A stretch of 64,000 nt of DNA from a virus, in the IMG/VR virus record IMGVR_UViG_3300021963_000035, positions 64,001 to 128,000 of that record; one strand, written 5' to 3'. The notes under the pieces were generated by a model. The model was not told the DNA's origin. It saw only the letters and a list, made by a program, of their open reading frames with translations, and made no database searches. Made by a program: the position numbers and the translations under genes. The first letter of the stretch is position 1. Every line of letters begins with the position of its first letter. Below are positions 1 through 10,200 of this stretch, one piece after another.

Positions 1-2
1 TC

Positions 3-347
3 GCTCGTACTACAGAAGGTACTTTCGAAGCTCCAACAAACACCAAGTTTGTTGGTACACTAAACAGCGCGATGCGTGTTTATGTTGATGGCTATGCTGC
101 TGACAGCACAGACATCCTAGTTGGTTACAAAGGTTCTAGCGAATCTGACGCTCCAGCATTCTACTGCCCATACATTCCATTGATGAGCAGCGGTGTTGTG
201 TTAGATCCTAGCACATTTGAACCAGTAGTTAGCTTTATGACCAGATATGGTTACGTTGAATTAACCAACGTTGCTTCATCTCTAGGTAACGCAGCTGACT
301 ATCTAGGTAAAGTTGCTATCACTAGCGGTAACGTTAAGTTTAGCTAA
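3..347 (+). CDS. Major capsid protein, T4 gp23-like (C-terminal part; truncated at window start)
   Basis: Frame is open from position 3 (ARTTEGTFEAPTNTKFVGTLNSAMRVYVD). Contains GYKG..E.DA..FYCPYIPL and DP.TFEP...FMTRYG motifs typical of gp23-family C-termini. Confidence 0.92.
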   Translation, partial: ARTTEGTFEAPTNTKFVGTLNSAMRVYVDGYAADSTDILVGYKGSSESDAPAFYCPYIPLMSSGVVLDPSTFEPVVSFMTRYGYVELTNVASSLGNAADYLGKVAITSGNVKFS

Positions 348-374
348 TCTAGAAGAAAACATTTTATGTGTTTC

Positions 375-398
375 AAAAAGGCTCTTCGGAGCCTTTTT
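375..398 (+). terminator. Rho-independent terminator after the capsid gene
   Basis: AAAAAGGCTC-TTCG-GAGCCTTTTT: perfect stem, UUCG loop, U-tract. Confidence 0.92.
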
Positions 399-416
399 GT
401 TTGGCTTAAATATCTG

Positions 417-686
417 ATGCAGGTTGAAAGTGATAAAGATTTTCCTGAATTAAGAAAGCAGATACAAGTCTGGAAGAAACGTTTTCCTTTGTTTGCACAC
501 GATGTCCATAAAATTGAACACATAGTAGAAAATCACATACAAAATTTTTCCATAGCTGGTGTGCATTACAGGCAAACTAAGAGCAAAAAATATCTAGAAC
601 TTGCCCAAAAAGAGTTAGATGAAATCAACAGAGTTATCGGCACAGTTGAAAAAATTGAACTGATGGCATTACTTTCCCAAAGATAA
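417..686 (+). CDS. Hypothetical protein (~89 aa, helical)
   Basis: The ORF-track start (366) runs through the terminator. The in-frame ATG at 417 lies 4 nt after TAAATA (407-412) and is the more plausible start. Confidence 0.7.
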   Translation: MQVESDKDFPELRKQIQVWKKRFPLFAHDVHKIEHIVENHIQNFSIAGVHYRQTKSKKYLELAQKELDEINRVIGTVEKIELMALLSQR

Positions 687-773
687 ATACAATGTCTAAA
701 TGAGCTTGCATAGTGCAAGACTTATGCAGTACCCACTGCGTAGACCTAAAACGTCAACATAAGGAGAAAACAA
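684..773 (+). promoter_or_regulatory. Late promoter box TAAATA (684-689) followed by a structured 5' leader
   Basis: Hairpins CTTGCA-TAG-TGCAAG (705-719) and TATGCAGT-ACCC-ACTGCGTA (723-742); SD AAGGAG at 761-766. Confidence 0.6.
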
Positions 774-1157
774 ATGGGACGTCCATTAAGAAAAGATGTC
801 AGGGGAACTGACGTAATCAATACACCAGTCAGTGCAACTGGTATAACAGTAAAATTCCATGACGGTACAGCATTAAGATCCGACGGAATTATTATTAAAC
901 AGCGCGGATCAAAGACTTTCCTTGTAGCAAGGGTTGGAACTCCAAACACAAGATTTACCTGTGTTCTAAAGAACGGTACACCAAGTGCAGCTGGCGAAAT
1001 GCAACTAACTGGTTCAACATCGGGCATGCTTGATGCCGGTTTAGTAAACTGCGCTAAAATTACCAAACGTGTATTCACTAATTTCAGCGGTACACGTTAC
1101 ACATGGTATTTAGAATCTGACTCATCAGCAGACTATATTGTATTAACAGCTATCTAA
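774..1157 (+). CDS. Small putative virion structural protein (MGRPL... N-terminus)
   Basis: 127-aa ORF with strong SD, beta-rich, late box upstream, located between capsid and fibre genes. Confidence 0.7.
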   Translation: MGRPLRKDVRGTDVINTPVSATGITVKFHDGTALRSDGIIIKQRGSKTFLVARVGTPNTRFTCVLKNGTPSAAGEMQLTGSTSGMLDAGLVNCAKITKRVFTNFSGTRYTWYLESDSSADYIVLTAI

Positions 1158-1169
1158 TAGGATTCGGTA

Positions 1170-2177
1170 ATGGGACAAGTAATACAGACTAACGGCGATT
1201 ATGCTATCAAGACCAACTTTGGTGGAGTGATCACGCTGGATACCGGTCCCAGACTGGGACAAACGATAGTTACCGGAGACCTTATTGTCGAAGGTATTAC
1301 TATCACGGTTGATGCAGAAAATTTAAACGTCCAGGACAATGTCCTTACCGTTAACTATGGTGAAACTGGTAATGGCATCAGTCTAAGATATTCTGGTATT
1401 GCTGTCGATAGAGGATTAAATGCAGGTATTCCAAACAGCCAACCTGTATTAGTATATGACGAAAATGCAGATACGTTTATCATCGCAGATGCTAATGCCG
1501 GTTTAACTAACGTTAATTATACAAACAGTAATTTAAAAGTTCGAAGAATACTAACTGACTCTGCTACCGATAACGGAGATTTAACATTAATTGGTTATGG
1601 AAACGGATTAGTAAAAACTACAGGAACTACTGATTATTTTGAATCTATTCTTAGCAGGATCAATGATCCTATTAACTTTCCTTCCGGACTTTCTGTGCCA
1701 GCAACTACAGCTGACGACGTCTTAGCTAACGTAAAATATGTTAACTGGGCAGTTATTAACAATCCTACATACTTCTTAAGAGATGCTGATACTAGAGTAG
1801 TTACAGCAGACCTTAGCACAGTCCATTCTGTGGGTAGCAAAAGTCAAGTATATATTCAAATTGACAATAACACAAGATATCGTTTCTATGACGATATGTT
1901 TAGTTTATTAGGAATAGAAATTACTAATGAAACTATTACAGTGCCAGCGACAAACGATGATTTAAACATAGTCATTAATGGTACAGGAAAACTAGCTATT
2001 AATGCCCCTTTAAAATTAGCAGTTCAAGCTTCTACACCTGCTAGTTCAAGCGGTAACAATATTTTATACGCTAAGACTCCCGGAACAGGTGACAGCGGTT
2101 TATTCTTTGTAAATACTTCAAAGGGCGGAGAATTAATCAGACAACAACGAGCATTGCTTTATTCAATGCTGTTTTAA
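1170..2177 (+). CDS. Putative tail/baseplate fibre-like structural protein
   Basis: G/T/N-rich beta-strand repeats (V.GDL.V.G...TV...NL.VQDN.L.VN.GE.G.G); ends in a hydrophobic helix (RALLYSMLF). Confidence 0.7.
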   Translation: MGQVIQTNGDYAIKTNFGGVITLDTGPRLGQTIVTGDLIVEGITITVDAENLNVQDNVLTVNYGETGNGISLRYSGIAVDRGLNAGIPNSQPVLVYDENADTFIIADANAGLTNVNYTNSNLKVRRILTDSATDNGDLTLIGYGNGLVKTTGTTDYFESILSRINDPINFPSGLSVPATTADDVLANVKYVNWAVINNPTYFLRDADTRVVTADLSTVHSVGSKSQVYIQIDNNTRYRFYDDMFSLLGIEITNETITVPATNDDLNIVINGTGKLAINAPLKLAVQASTPASSSGNNILYAKTPGTGDSGLFFVNTSKGGELIRQQRALLYSMLF

Positions 2178-2187
2178 GAGAACATAA

Positions 2188-2751
2188 ATGAGCATAGAAT
2201 CTACACTTTTATTATCAGGCCTAGACCAAACGATTTTCACAGCGTCTGGAACACAGGCTATCACAACAATGGTATTTTGTAATACTGCTACTCCGGATCC
2301 TGCAGACGAATCTGTTCGCGCACAAAGTCTTGAAGTACACTTGATTAAAAGCGGTAGATCTAAAAGCAGTGGTAATACTATTATTAAAAATTTAACTATC
2401 CCTGCAGGAGAAACACTATTCTTTGATACTGAACGTGTAGTTTTAGATAACGGCGACATCGTACAAGCAACGTCTTCAGGCACTAACAGATCAGTTAGCA
2501 TTACAGGGGTTACTCAAGCAGCACAAGCAGTAGTAACATCTAATGGCCACTTATTAGAAGCAGGCAGTTATGTAACAATATCTGGAGTTGTGGGAATGAC
2601 TGAGTTGAATGGTAACACTTATCAGATCGTTTCAATAACCCTTAACACATTTACTCTGAACGTAAATTCAACAGCATTTACAGCATATTCTTCGGGTGGA
2701 GCAGCAGCAGCTGGTTATCTAGCTGCAACAGTGAGTGCATTAACAGTATGA
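2188..2751 (+). CDS. Small beta-sandwich structural protein with an inserted E1-FCCH-like module
   Basis: N-terminal part resembles 6456..6785 (..CN...I..G.T.....E..VL). The insert ITGVTQAAQAVVTSNGHLLEAGSYVTISGVVGMTELNG resembles the FCCH-like module common in phage structural proteins. Confidence 0.6.
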   Translation: MSIESTLLLSGLDQTIFTASGTQAITTMVFCNTATPDPADESVRAQSLEVHLIKSGRSKSSGNTIIKNLTIPAGETLFFDTERVVLDNGDIVQATSSGTNRSVSITGVTQAAQAVVTSNGHLLEAGSYVTISGVVGMTELNGNTYQIVSITLNTFTLNVNSTAFTAYSSGGAAAAGYLAATVSALTV

Positions 2752-3293
2752 AATTCTTAAAAACAAAAAATATAAGTAAATTTTCTGCTAGCGACAATGC
2801 TTATATCCAGTATCCATCTGGAAGGATTTTCATCGACAGCACAAACAGTATGCGGTTGCCTAAAGGTGCAACCGCAGACAGACCTCAGACCAGTCTAGCA
2901 CAAAGCGGAATGGTCCGTTATAACACTACGTCAGATCCTACAGCAAATCCTTCAACAACATCATTAGGTCTAGAAGTTTACCATGATGGGGCATGGAGAA
3001 CTGTTAGATTTAAAGGCGCATCAACTATAACAAAACAGACACTAAGTCCTGTAGGTAATGCTGTTGAAACAGTATTTGGTCCGTTAACTTATGTTCCTGC
3101 CACAGCTGACAATATTATCGTTCTAGTAGAGAATGTTCCACAGATTTCAACAACAAACTTTACACTAGAACAAAGTGTTAGCGGTAGCTTAACTGGTCCT
3201 TCTGCTCCGTATGCAGACGGGTGGTATTTAAAATTTACCAGCGCAGTGCCTGTTGGAAAATATGTAACAGTGTATTACGGCTTTGATCAGTAA
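2748..3293 (+). CDS. Structural/fibre-associated protein
   Basis: Carries the 'LP.G.TA.RP....G.RYNT' module shared with 3308..4837 and 4959..6452; ATGA-coupled to the upstream gene. Confidence 0.65.
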   Translation: MKFLKTKNISKFSASDNAYIQYPSGRIFIDSTNSMRLPKGATADRPQTSLAQSGMVRYNTTSDPTANPSTTSLGLEVYHDGAWRTVRFKGASTITKQTLSPVGNAVETVFGPLTYVPATADNIIVLVENVPQISTTNFTLEQSVSGSLTGPSAPYADGWYLKFTSAVPVGKYVTVYYGFDQ

Positions 3294-3307
3294 TACAAGG
3301 AGCGGCC

Positions 3308-4837
3308 ATGCCTGGAGCAGAACTAGGTAGAATATCAGGGCAGATGTTAACTTCAAACCTAGAGAGGTTTGGAGTAGATCTAGCGTTTGAGACTAGCCTA
3401 TTATATCTTAAAGTACCCCCACAGACTTCTGAAGATCCTAATCTATTATCTGGGTTAGGAAAGGGTATAGGAATTAAGACTGATTCTTTCAGTCGAGATC
3501 TTCAGATCAACGGAACTACTCAAACAGATTATCTAATTGGTTTGACTGGGACCCTAGGTAATCTCACAGTTAACAATAATCAAATAGGCAGTATCAGCGG
3601 CCCTATCTATGTTCGAGCTGGGAATGGTACTGGGACAGTGTTAGTCAGTAAAACAGTTACTGACGATTTGCAATTAAATGACAATGTAATATCAAGTAGA
3701 AATTCAAATACACCAATAGCACTTGACCCAAACGGAACTGGCACTGTAGATTTTAGATCTAATACTAGAATTTTTGGTAATTATAGTTCTACTGGTAATA
3801 TAGTAATAGACGGCAATTTCTCATTTGGTGGAAATATTACCGTCGGGGATCAAACAACTGATACTCTAAGTTTAACACCAGAATTAACACAGACTTTACA
3901 GCCGGGAGTAGACAGCACATACGATTTAGGCAGTACTCTTAAACGTTGGAGAACTGCTTATATCAGTGATCCATTGATCAGTAACAGTGTTATGATCAAT
4001 CAAAATAGAATCAGTACTTCTATTTCTAATGCTAATTTAGAATTAAGCGGTAATAGTTCTGGCGGTGTATTAGCAGAAAAAATAAGAATAGTTAATAATA
4101 CTATAGAAAACAGTTGGTCTGGAGCTACCAATGATCTGCAGAGGTCTATAGTTTTTACGCCCAGCGGCGGACAATTAATAATTAATTCTACAACATCGTT
4201 GAGATTTCCTGCAGGAACAGTTGCCCAATATCCGAATCCTGTAATCGGAGACTTACGATACAACACTACATTCGGAACATTTAGTGGGCTCGGAGGAGCA
4301 TTTGCCGGATTATACTCTACAGACCTTGCTACTCGCGTTACTACTCCTAGAGATATTTCTAGTAATATCATCAATTTTACTGCGGCAGGATCTCAAATAG
4401 CCAGTGTAGATTCTGTTAAATTATCTGCCATAAGAGTAGATGTAGACCAGGTTACTATAGATAACAACAGCATAAGCTCTAATAGCTTAAACACTAACTT
4501 AGAATTCTACGGTAATTCTAGCGAAGTGAAACTAGACAACATAGGCATACAAGGTAGTGCGTTTATTAATCCTAGTAGTGGTGCTGTAGAATTTAAATCT
4601 ACAAATCAAGGTTACTATAGGCTAACAGGAACTAACGCAGTTGTTATTCCAACAGGCGATACTGCCAGTCGTCTAATTCCTGCTCCAGAAATTGGTTATC
4701 TAAGATTCAATACTGATGTGAACCAGTTAGAAATTTGGGATGGTTCAATTTATAATATTACCACTGGTGCTGGTTCGGTAGTTACGCAAGCCGAAATGGA
4801 AGAACTATCTAATTTTTATACCATTGTCTTCGGTTAA
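3308..4837 (+). CDS. Tail fibre-like protein, paralog A
   Basis: N-terminus GRISG..L..NL.R.GVDLAFET.LLYL.V shared with the next gene; repeated I..N.I.....N.NL.L..NG.G beta motifs. Confidence 0.75.
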   Translation: MPGAELGRISGQMLTSNLERFGVDLAFETSLLYLKVPPQTSEDPNLLSGLGKGIGIKTDSFSRDLQINGTTQTDYLIGLTGTLGNLTVNNNQIGSISGPIYVRAGNGTGTVLVSKTVTDDLQLNDNVISSRNSNTPIALDPNGTGTVDFRSNTRIFGNYSSTGNIVIDGNFSFGGNITVGDQTTDTLSLTPELTQTLQPGVDSTYDLGSTLKRWRTAYISDPLISNSVMINQNRISTSISNANLELSGNSSGGVLAEKIRIVNNTIENSWSGATNDLQRSIVFTPSGGQLIINSTTSLRFPAGTVAQYPNPVIGDLRYNTTFGTFSGLGGAFAGLYSTDLATRVTTPRDISSNIINFTAAGSQIASVDSVKLSAIRVDVDQVTIDNNSISSNSLNTNLEFYGNSSEVKLDNIGIQGSAFINPSSGAVEFKSTNQGYYRLTGTNAVVIPTGDTASRLIPAPEIGYLRFNTDVNQLEIWDGSIYNITTGAGSVVTQAEMEELSNFYTIVFG

Positions 4838-4850
4838 TCTCCAATTTGAA

Positions 4851-4958
4851 TAAATACTTGTGATTACGAAAGATGACCAATTTTTCGTATGATTAAACTG
4901 TGGTAAACCCGCAATGTAAGGTGGTTATCCGTGAAACTCGGTGTCATAAGGAGAGCTG
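4851..4958 (+). promoter_or_regulatory. Late promoter box TAAATA (4851-4856) plus a structured leader (candidate pseudoknot)
   Basis: Stems 4865-4873/4881-4889, 4899-4903/4909-4913 and 4929-4931/4939-4941. Loop TGACCA (4874-4879) is complementary to TGGTTA (4922-4927). SD AAGGAG at 4948-4953. Confidence 0.55.
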
Positions 4959-6452
4959 ATGGCTGTTGGTCGCATTTCAGGTCCGCTCTTAAAGGCGAAT
5001 TTGCTTCGTAATGGGGTAGATCTGGCTTTTGAGACCGACCTTCTATATCTCGATGTTAATAACTCCCGCATTGGTGTAAACACTGCCGCTCCTGCTTATG
5101 ACCTAGATGTTTCAGGAACAACAAGAACAACCAATTTAGAAGTAACCAATCAATTAGATATTGGTGCTTTTAAAATTTCTGGTAACACAATCCTAGCTAA
5201 TACACCTACAATGAGTTTCTTGCCAGCAGCAGGAGACATTACTGTTTATCAGTCACGCCTTAGCGTAGACGATTTGTTGTTAGAAGGTAATACTATTAGA
5301 ACAGCAAATTCTAATGCTAATCTAGAATTTAGACCAAATGGAACCGGCACTGTTGACATTTATGGTAACACCAATGTCTATGGTAACCTATACGCCACTG
5401 GTAATATCAGTTTAGATGGTAATGTTGTTATCAAAGGTAACATTACTATTGGCGATCAAACTACTGATACTATTACGATTAATGCCGGAATAACCAGCAA
5501 CATATTGCCAGAATATACAGGACAATTTGATCTAGGTTCTCCAACACTGCAATGGAGAAACATATTTGCTGATCGTGCAGTATTATCAGATGTAGAAATA
5601 TTCGATAATATAATTAGAACAACAGTTTCTAATGCTAATTTAGAATTACGTGCAAATGGTGTAGGTGCTATTAGAATAGAAAAAATCGACATTAATGAAA
5701 ATGTTATCAGCACCTGGGATACAAATGAGAATATAGTTTTACAGCCTCAGGGCTCTGGTAGAGTAATAATTAATTCTACGACTGCTTTACAGATACCTGT
5801 GGGAACAGATGCACAAAGACCATTTCCGGCTGTAGTTGGTGGAATGCGATACAATACAGATCGCAATAGATATGAAGGGTTTGACGGCGCAAACTGGTTT
5901 AACCTTATAGGTGTTGAGGATGTTGACGGTAATACTAAGATTACCGCCGAATTGACACCCGGTGCAAACGACAACACTATTAGATTTTATGCCAACGGTT
6001 CGGTAGTTGCTGACATAAACACTACAAGATTACGTGCTGATAGACTTGATGTTGACAGTGTTACTATCGATAACAATGTTATTAGTACATTAACATCGGG
6101 AACTAATTTACAGATCAATTCCAACGGTACCGGTGTTATTAGAATTGAAAATTTTGATTTTAAAACTAATTCGATTACCAACAGAGTATCTAATGCTATA
6201 ACAACTCTAAACAATACTGGAACAGGTTATTACAAATTTACTGGATCTAATGGTTTTGTTATTCCTAAAGGTCTATCTAGTGAAAGACCAACATCTTATG
6301 CAGAAGTTGGCATGATGCGTTATAACTTAGATTCTCTAGCAGTTGAAGTTTGGGACGGAGTTCAGTGGTCAAGTCCTGCAGGTGCTGGTGGTGCTATTAA
6401 CATTACAACTGCACAAGACATAGCATTAGTAACAGTACTAACATTAGGATAA
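4959..6452 (+). CDS. Tail fibre-like protein, paralog B
   Basis: MAVGRISGPLLKANL...; collinear with 3308..4837; two IP.G....RP...G.MRYN modules. Confidence 0.75.
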   Translation: MAVGRISGPLLKANLLRNGVDLAFETDLLYLDVNNSRIGVNTAAPAYDLDVSGTTRTTNLEVTNQLDIGAFKISGNTILANTPTMSFLPAAGDITVYQSRLSVDDLLLEGNTIRTANSNANLEFRPNGTGTVDIYGNTNVYGNLYATGNISLDGNVVIKGNITIGDQTTDTITINAGITSNILPEYTGQFDLGSPTLQWRNIFADRAVLSDVEIFDNIIRTTVSNANLELRANGVGAIRIEKIDINENVISTWDTNENIVLQPQGSGRVIINSTTALQIPVGTDAQRPFPAVVGGMRYNTDRNRYEGFDGANWFNLIGVEDVDGNTKITAELTPGANDNTIRFYANGSVVADINTTRLRADRLDVDSVTIDNNVISTLTSGTNLQINSNGTGVIRIENFDFKTNSITNRVSNAITTLNNTGTGYYKFTGSNGFVIPKGLSSERPTSYAEVGMMRYNLDSLAVEVWDGVQWSSPAGAGGAINITTAQDIALVTVLTLG

Positions 6453-6455
6453 AGA

Positions 6456-6785
6456 ATGGCAACCTTTTTTAAAAATACAGTTATACCTCAGGTAGGAACA
6501 ACACCCACACAGTTAATACAGACTGGGTCTGGTACTAGAGCAACAGTTATTGGTTTAAGTATTTGTAATTTATTAGAAAATGCAGTAACAGTCAGTGTTA
6601 CGTTAACAGACGATACCAGTACAACAGGATATTATGTTAAAAATGCAATTATTTTGCCCGGACAAACTATGCGGGCAATTAACGGTGGTGAAAAATTAAT
6701 TTTGTTTACAAACAATGAACTTAAAGTTACTAGCAGCCAAGCAGCTTCAATTGATGTAATAGTAAGTTATGTTGAGATAACATAA
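6456..6785 (+). CDS. Small beta-sandwich virion protein
   Basis: MATFFKN...TVIGLSICN...GGEKLIL...IDVIVSYVEIT; directly follows a fibre gene. Confidence 0.7.
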   Translation: MATFFKNTVIPQVGTTPTQLIQTGSGTRATVIGLSICNLLENAVTVSVTLTDDTSTTGYYVKNAIILPGQTMRAINGGEKLILFTNNELKVTSSQAASIDVIVSYVEIT

Positions 6786-6795
6786 GGAAAGAGCG

Positions 6796-7161
6796 ATGAG
6801 TAATTCATATTATATCGGTGACGTAGACTTTTATCCGCTGCTAGGCGAGAATAATAGCAGATTCTTCTACGGATTAAGAAGAGATGCCGACGGAACATTG
6901 TACCTAGTAAAGATTGATCAGGTTTTGGGATTAGATCAAATTGCAGTAAATCGCCCGGGTGATCCTGCAGAAGATTATCCAGATTTTGAATTTGGTATCG
7001 ACTTCTTAGAAGGCATCCAAACTAATCACGAAATTACATATGACAATCTAGTGTATCCTCAGTATAAATGGGATCCAAGAAATCTATATTATTATTTGAA
7101 TGCAGAAGGCGAGTTAGTTGTACGTGTGAACCAACCATATACATATCCAAACGATGTGTAA
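6796..7161 (+). CDS. Hypothetical structural-module protein
   Basis: 121-aa ORF with SD (AAGGA); motifs FYGLRR..DG.LY and Y.QYKWD...LYYY.N.EGELV. Confidence 0.65.
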   Translation: MSNSYYIGDVDFYPLLGENNSRFFYGLRRDADGTLYLVKIDQVLGLDQIAVNRPGDPAEDYPDFEFGIDFLEGIQTNHEITYDNLVYPQYKWDPRNLYYYLNAEGELVVRVNQPYTYPNDV

Positions 7162-7201
7162 TAAATATTAAAATAGCTTTTAATAAGCAAAAGGACGAAA
7201 A

Positions 7202-10200
7202 ATGGCAGAGTTTAAACTTGGTAGATTAAGATTTGTATGGAAAGGAGCCTGGAATACTTCTACGGCTTATGTACGTGACGACGTGATTCGTTATGGTGGT
7301 AAGGTTTATGTTTGCGTGGCATTACATACATCTAGCTCAAACGTTGCTGGGGGATTTTACAGCGATCTAAACGACGCAACTCCAAAATGGCAGTTGATGA
7401 ATGACGGTCAAGCCTGGGCTAGCAATTGGGCACAGACAACCTATTATAAGATCAGTGACATTGTTAGATATGGTGGTCGTTCATATATTTGTATATTAGG
7501 ACATACCTCTGCTACAACATCGTTGGGATTAGAAAATGACTCTGCCAAATGGGAACTTCTCAACGATGGTATCGATTACAAAGGATCTTGGGCATCTACT
7601 ACAAGATACAAATATAACGATCTAGTAACCTACGGTGGTCAGTTATACATTTGCACAACTTATCATACATCTGGTGCTAGTTTTGATTTAACTAAGTGGA
7701 CATTATTTGCATCTGGTTTACAATTTGAAGGCGTATATAGTGCAGGAACTACATATCAACCAGGTGACGTTGTTAGCTACGGTTCTAATGCTTATGTAGC
7801 AACACAAACAACAATTGGTAATCTTCCAACGAATGCAACTTATTGGACACCTATCACAACTGGTATTCAATTTAGGGGTGCATACAGCGCAGGAACACCA
7901 TATAAGAAAGGTGACATCGTAAGTTACAGTTCTTATTCTTATGTCGCCAATCAAGATACAACAGGCAATGCGCCCGACAATGCAACTTACTGGGATATTT
8001 TAACTCCTGGTTTTGCATACTTTGGATCTTATGCCGGCGGAACCACTTATCAGAAAGGTGATACTGTAGGTTACGGCGGATTCCGTTATGTTGCCAAATC
8101 AACAACAACAGGTAATCTTCCAACTAATGCAACCTATTGGGACGTGTTTACCAAAGGTTACACATTTATTGGAACATATTCCGGAGCAACAGCTTATAAA
8201 CCAGGCGAACTAGTTGCCTACGGCGGTAATTTTTATGCTGCCAAAGCAGACACAACCGGTAATGATCCATCTAATGCAACCTATTGGGATGTGTTTACCA
8301 AAGGTTACGATTTTAAATCATCATACAGTGGTGCAACAACTTATAAAGTAGGTGATGTTGTTAGCTACGGTCCAAGATTATATCTATGTATTCAGCAAGG
8401 TTCTGGTAATCTACCAACTAACGCTAGTTACTGGTCATTGTTCGTTGACGCTGTAGGCTGGAAAGGTACCTATGCAGACGCCACAGCATATGTGATCGGT
8501 GACATTGTTCGATACGGCGGACGCTCTTATGTTTGTATTTTAGGTCACACATCTAATACAGCAGGAAACATTGAACCGCCAAATGCTACGTATTGGGCAT
8601 TGCTATCATCTGGCATGAGCTGGAAAGGCACATGGTCCAGCGCAACTGAGTATGAATTAGATGACGTTGTTGAATACTCATCAAGTTCTTGGATTTCTAT
8701 CGACAGTGATAACCTTAATCAACAACCAGATACTAGTCCATTAAAATGGAATCTTGTTGCACAAGCAGGTACTTTAAGTGCAGTCTTAACCACACGCGGT
8801 GACATGTACTTTAAGAATCAAGCTGGTGCTATTGCTAGATTACCAATTGGTACCAACGGCCAGATTCTAGTAGCTAGTTCTGCAGGTGACCCTGTTTGGG
8901 AAAATAACAATTATAGTGCTAACGTTTATTATGTTAGCCCGCAAGGCAGCAATTCTAATGATGGAAGAAGTAAAAACAGAGCATTCTTGACAATCGCATA
9001 TGCTTGCACACAAGTAACTGGTCCAGCAACAATTTTTGTTGCGGCAGGTACATACACTGAAGCTTTACCTATTATTATTCCGGCCAGTGTGCATATATGT
9101 GGTGATGGTCAACGTACAACAATTATCCAGCCTCAAGCCGGCGACGAAACAAAAACTATGTTTAGGATGAGCAACGGTAGCCAGCTGTCAAGAGTTACAA
9201 TGACCGGATTAAACGGATTCAGTAAGAGTGGAGTAACTCCTGAAGATATTACAGCAGCTACTTTAGGTGGCGTATTTGTGGCATTAAATTCTGCAAGTCC
9301 TGTTACTACAAAATCTCCATATGTTATGGAATGTGCTGCGATCAGCTCGGGCGGATGCGGGGCTCTTGTAGACGGAAGTTTGCATGCTAGCGGTAATAAA
9401 TCAATGGTATTCCATTCGTACACCAACATACACGATCAGGGTGTTGGCCTTTGGGTATCAAATGGTGCTAGAGTAGAAACTGTATCATTGTTTACATATT
9501 ATTGCGATTTTGGTTATGCAACTACAGCCGGTGGTATTATTCGTTCACTAAACGGTAATAATAGTTACGGATTGTACGGTTCTGTTAGCAGCGGAGTTGA
9601 TGCAGGCGAAACTCCAATAACCGGTACATTATATGGAAATATGTTGACCTGGTCAAACTTAACATTATCTGGCGGCAGTCTGTCAGTTGGTAATGTGTTA
9701 CAAGGTTTGACTTCTGGTACTACTGCAAGAATTTTAAATGTTCAGGAAGCTTCGAACAGAGTAATATACAAGATTATATCTGGAGGTCCTTTTGTAGTAG
9801 GTGAAACTATTAGAGATAATACAACATTGGCAACCGCAACTGTTGCAGCCGGTGGCGTTACTGGACAGAAAGGTTATACTGTTGTGGTTAGCGGATTTAC
9901 TACTCAGCCGCAGGCAGGAGGTAGTTTAACCATTACCGGTGACAGCACCAAGTATGTCATCCAAGCAGTTAGCGAATGGACATTATCTGGAACTGGTTAT
10001 AAGCCAGCAGGTTATGCAGTTCTTTCACTGACTGGAGATAAGACCACTGCTAGCAACGACGGTACAGCAGCGTCGATCAGATATCAATATTCTAAGATTA
10101 GACTAACAGGTCATGATTTCTTGAATATCGGAACTGGCGGAACTGTAACTACCAATTATCCTGGTACTCCAACACAGGCACCTGTACAGGCCAATGAAGT

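Noticed and set aside
366-416. ORF-track start at 366
   Set aside because: It runs through the capsid terminator; ATG 417 follows the late box.
694-745. Three-stem junction as a hammerhead ribozyme
   Set aside because: Core CUGANGA and GAAA are absent.
4891-4945. GGTAAAC/GAAA elements resembling a c-di-GMP-I riboswitch
   Set aside because: The GNRA-loop/receptor two-stem arrangement is not matched; kept only as an unassigned structured leader.
7720-8460. Regularly spaced direct repeats as a possible CRISPR array or DGR template/variable pair
   Set aside because: They are in-frame 147-nt coding repeats with synonymous-type differences; the intervening sequence is also homologous, there is no adenine-specific pattern, and no cas or reverse-transcriptase gene is in the window.
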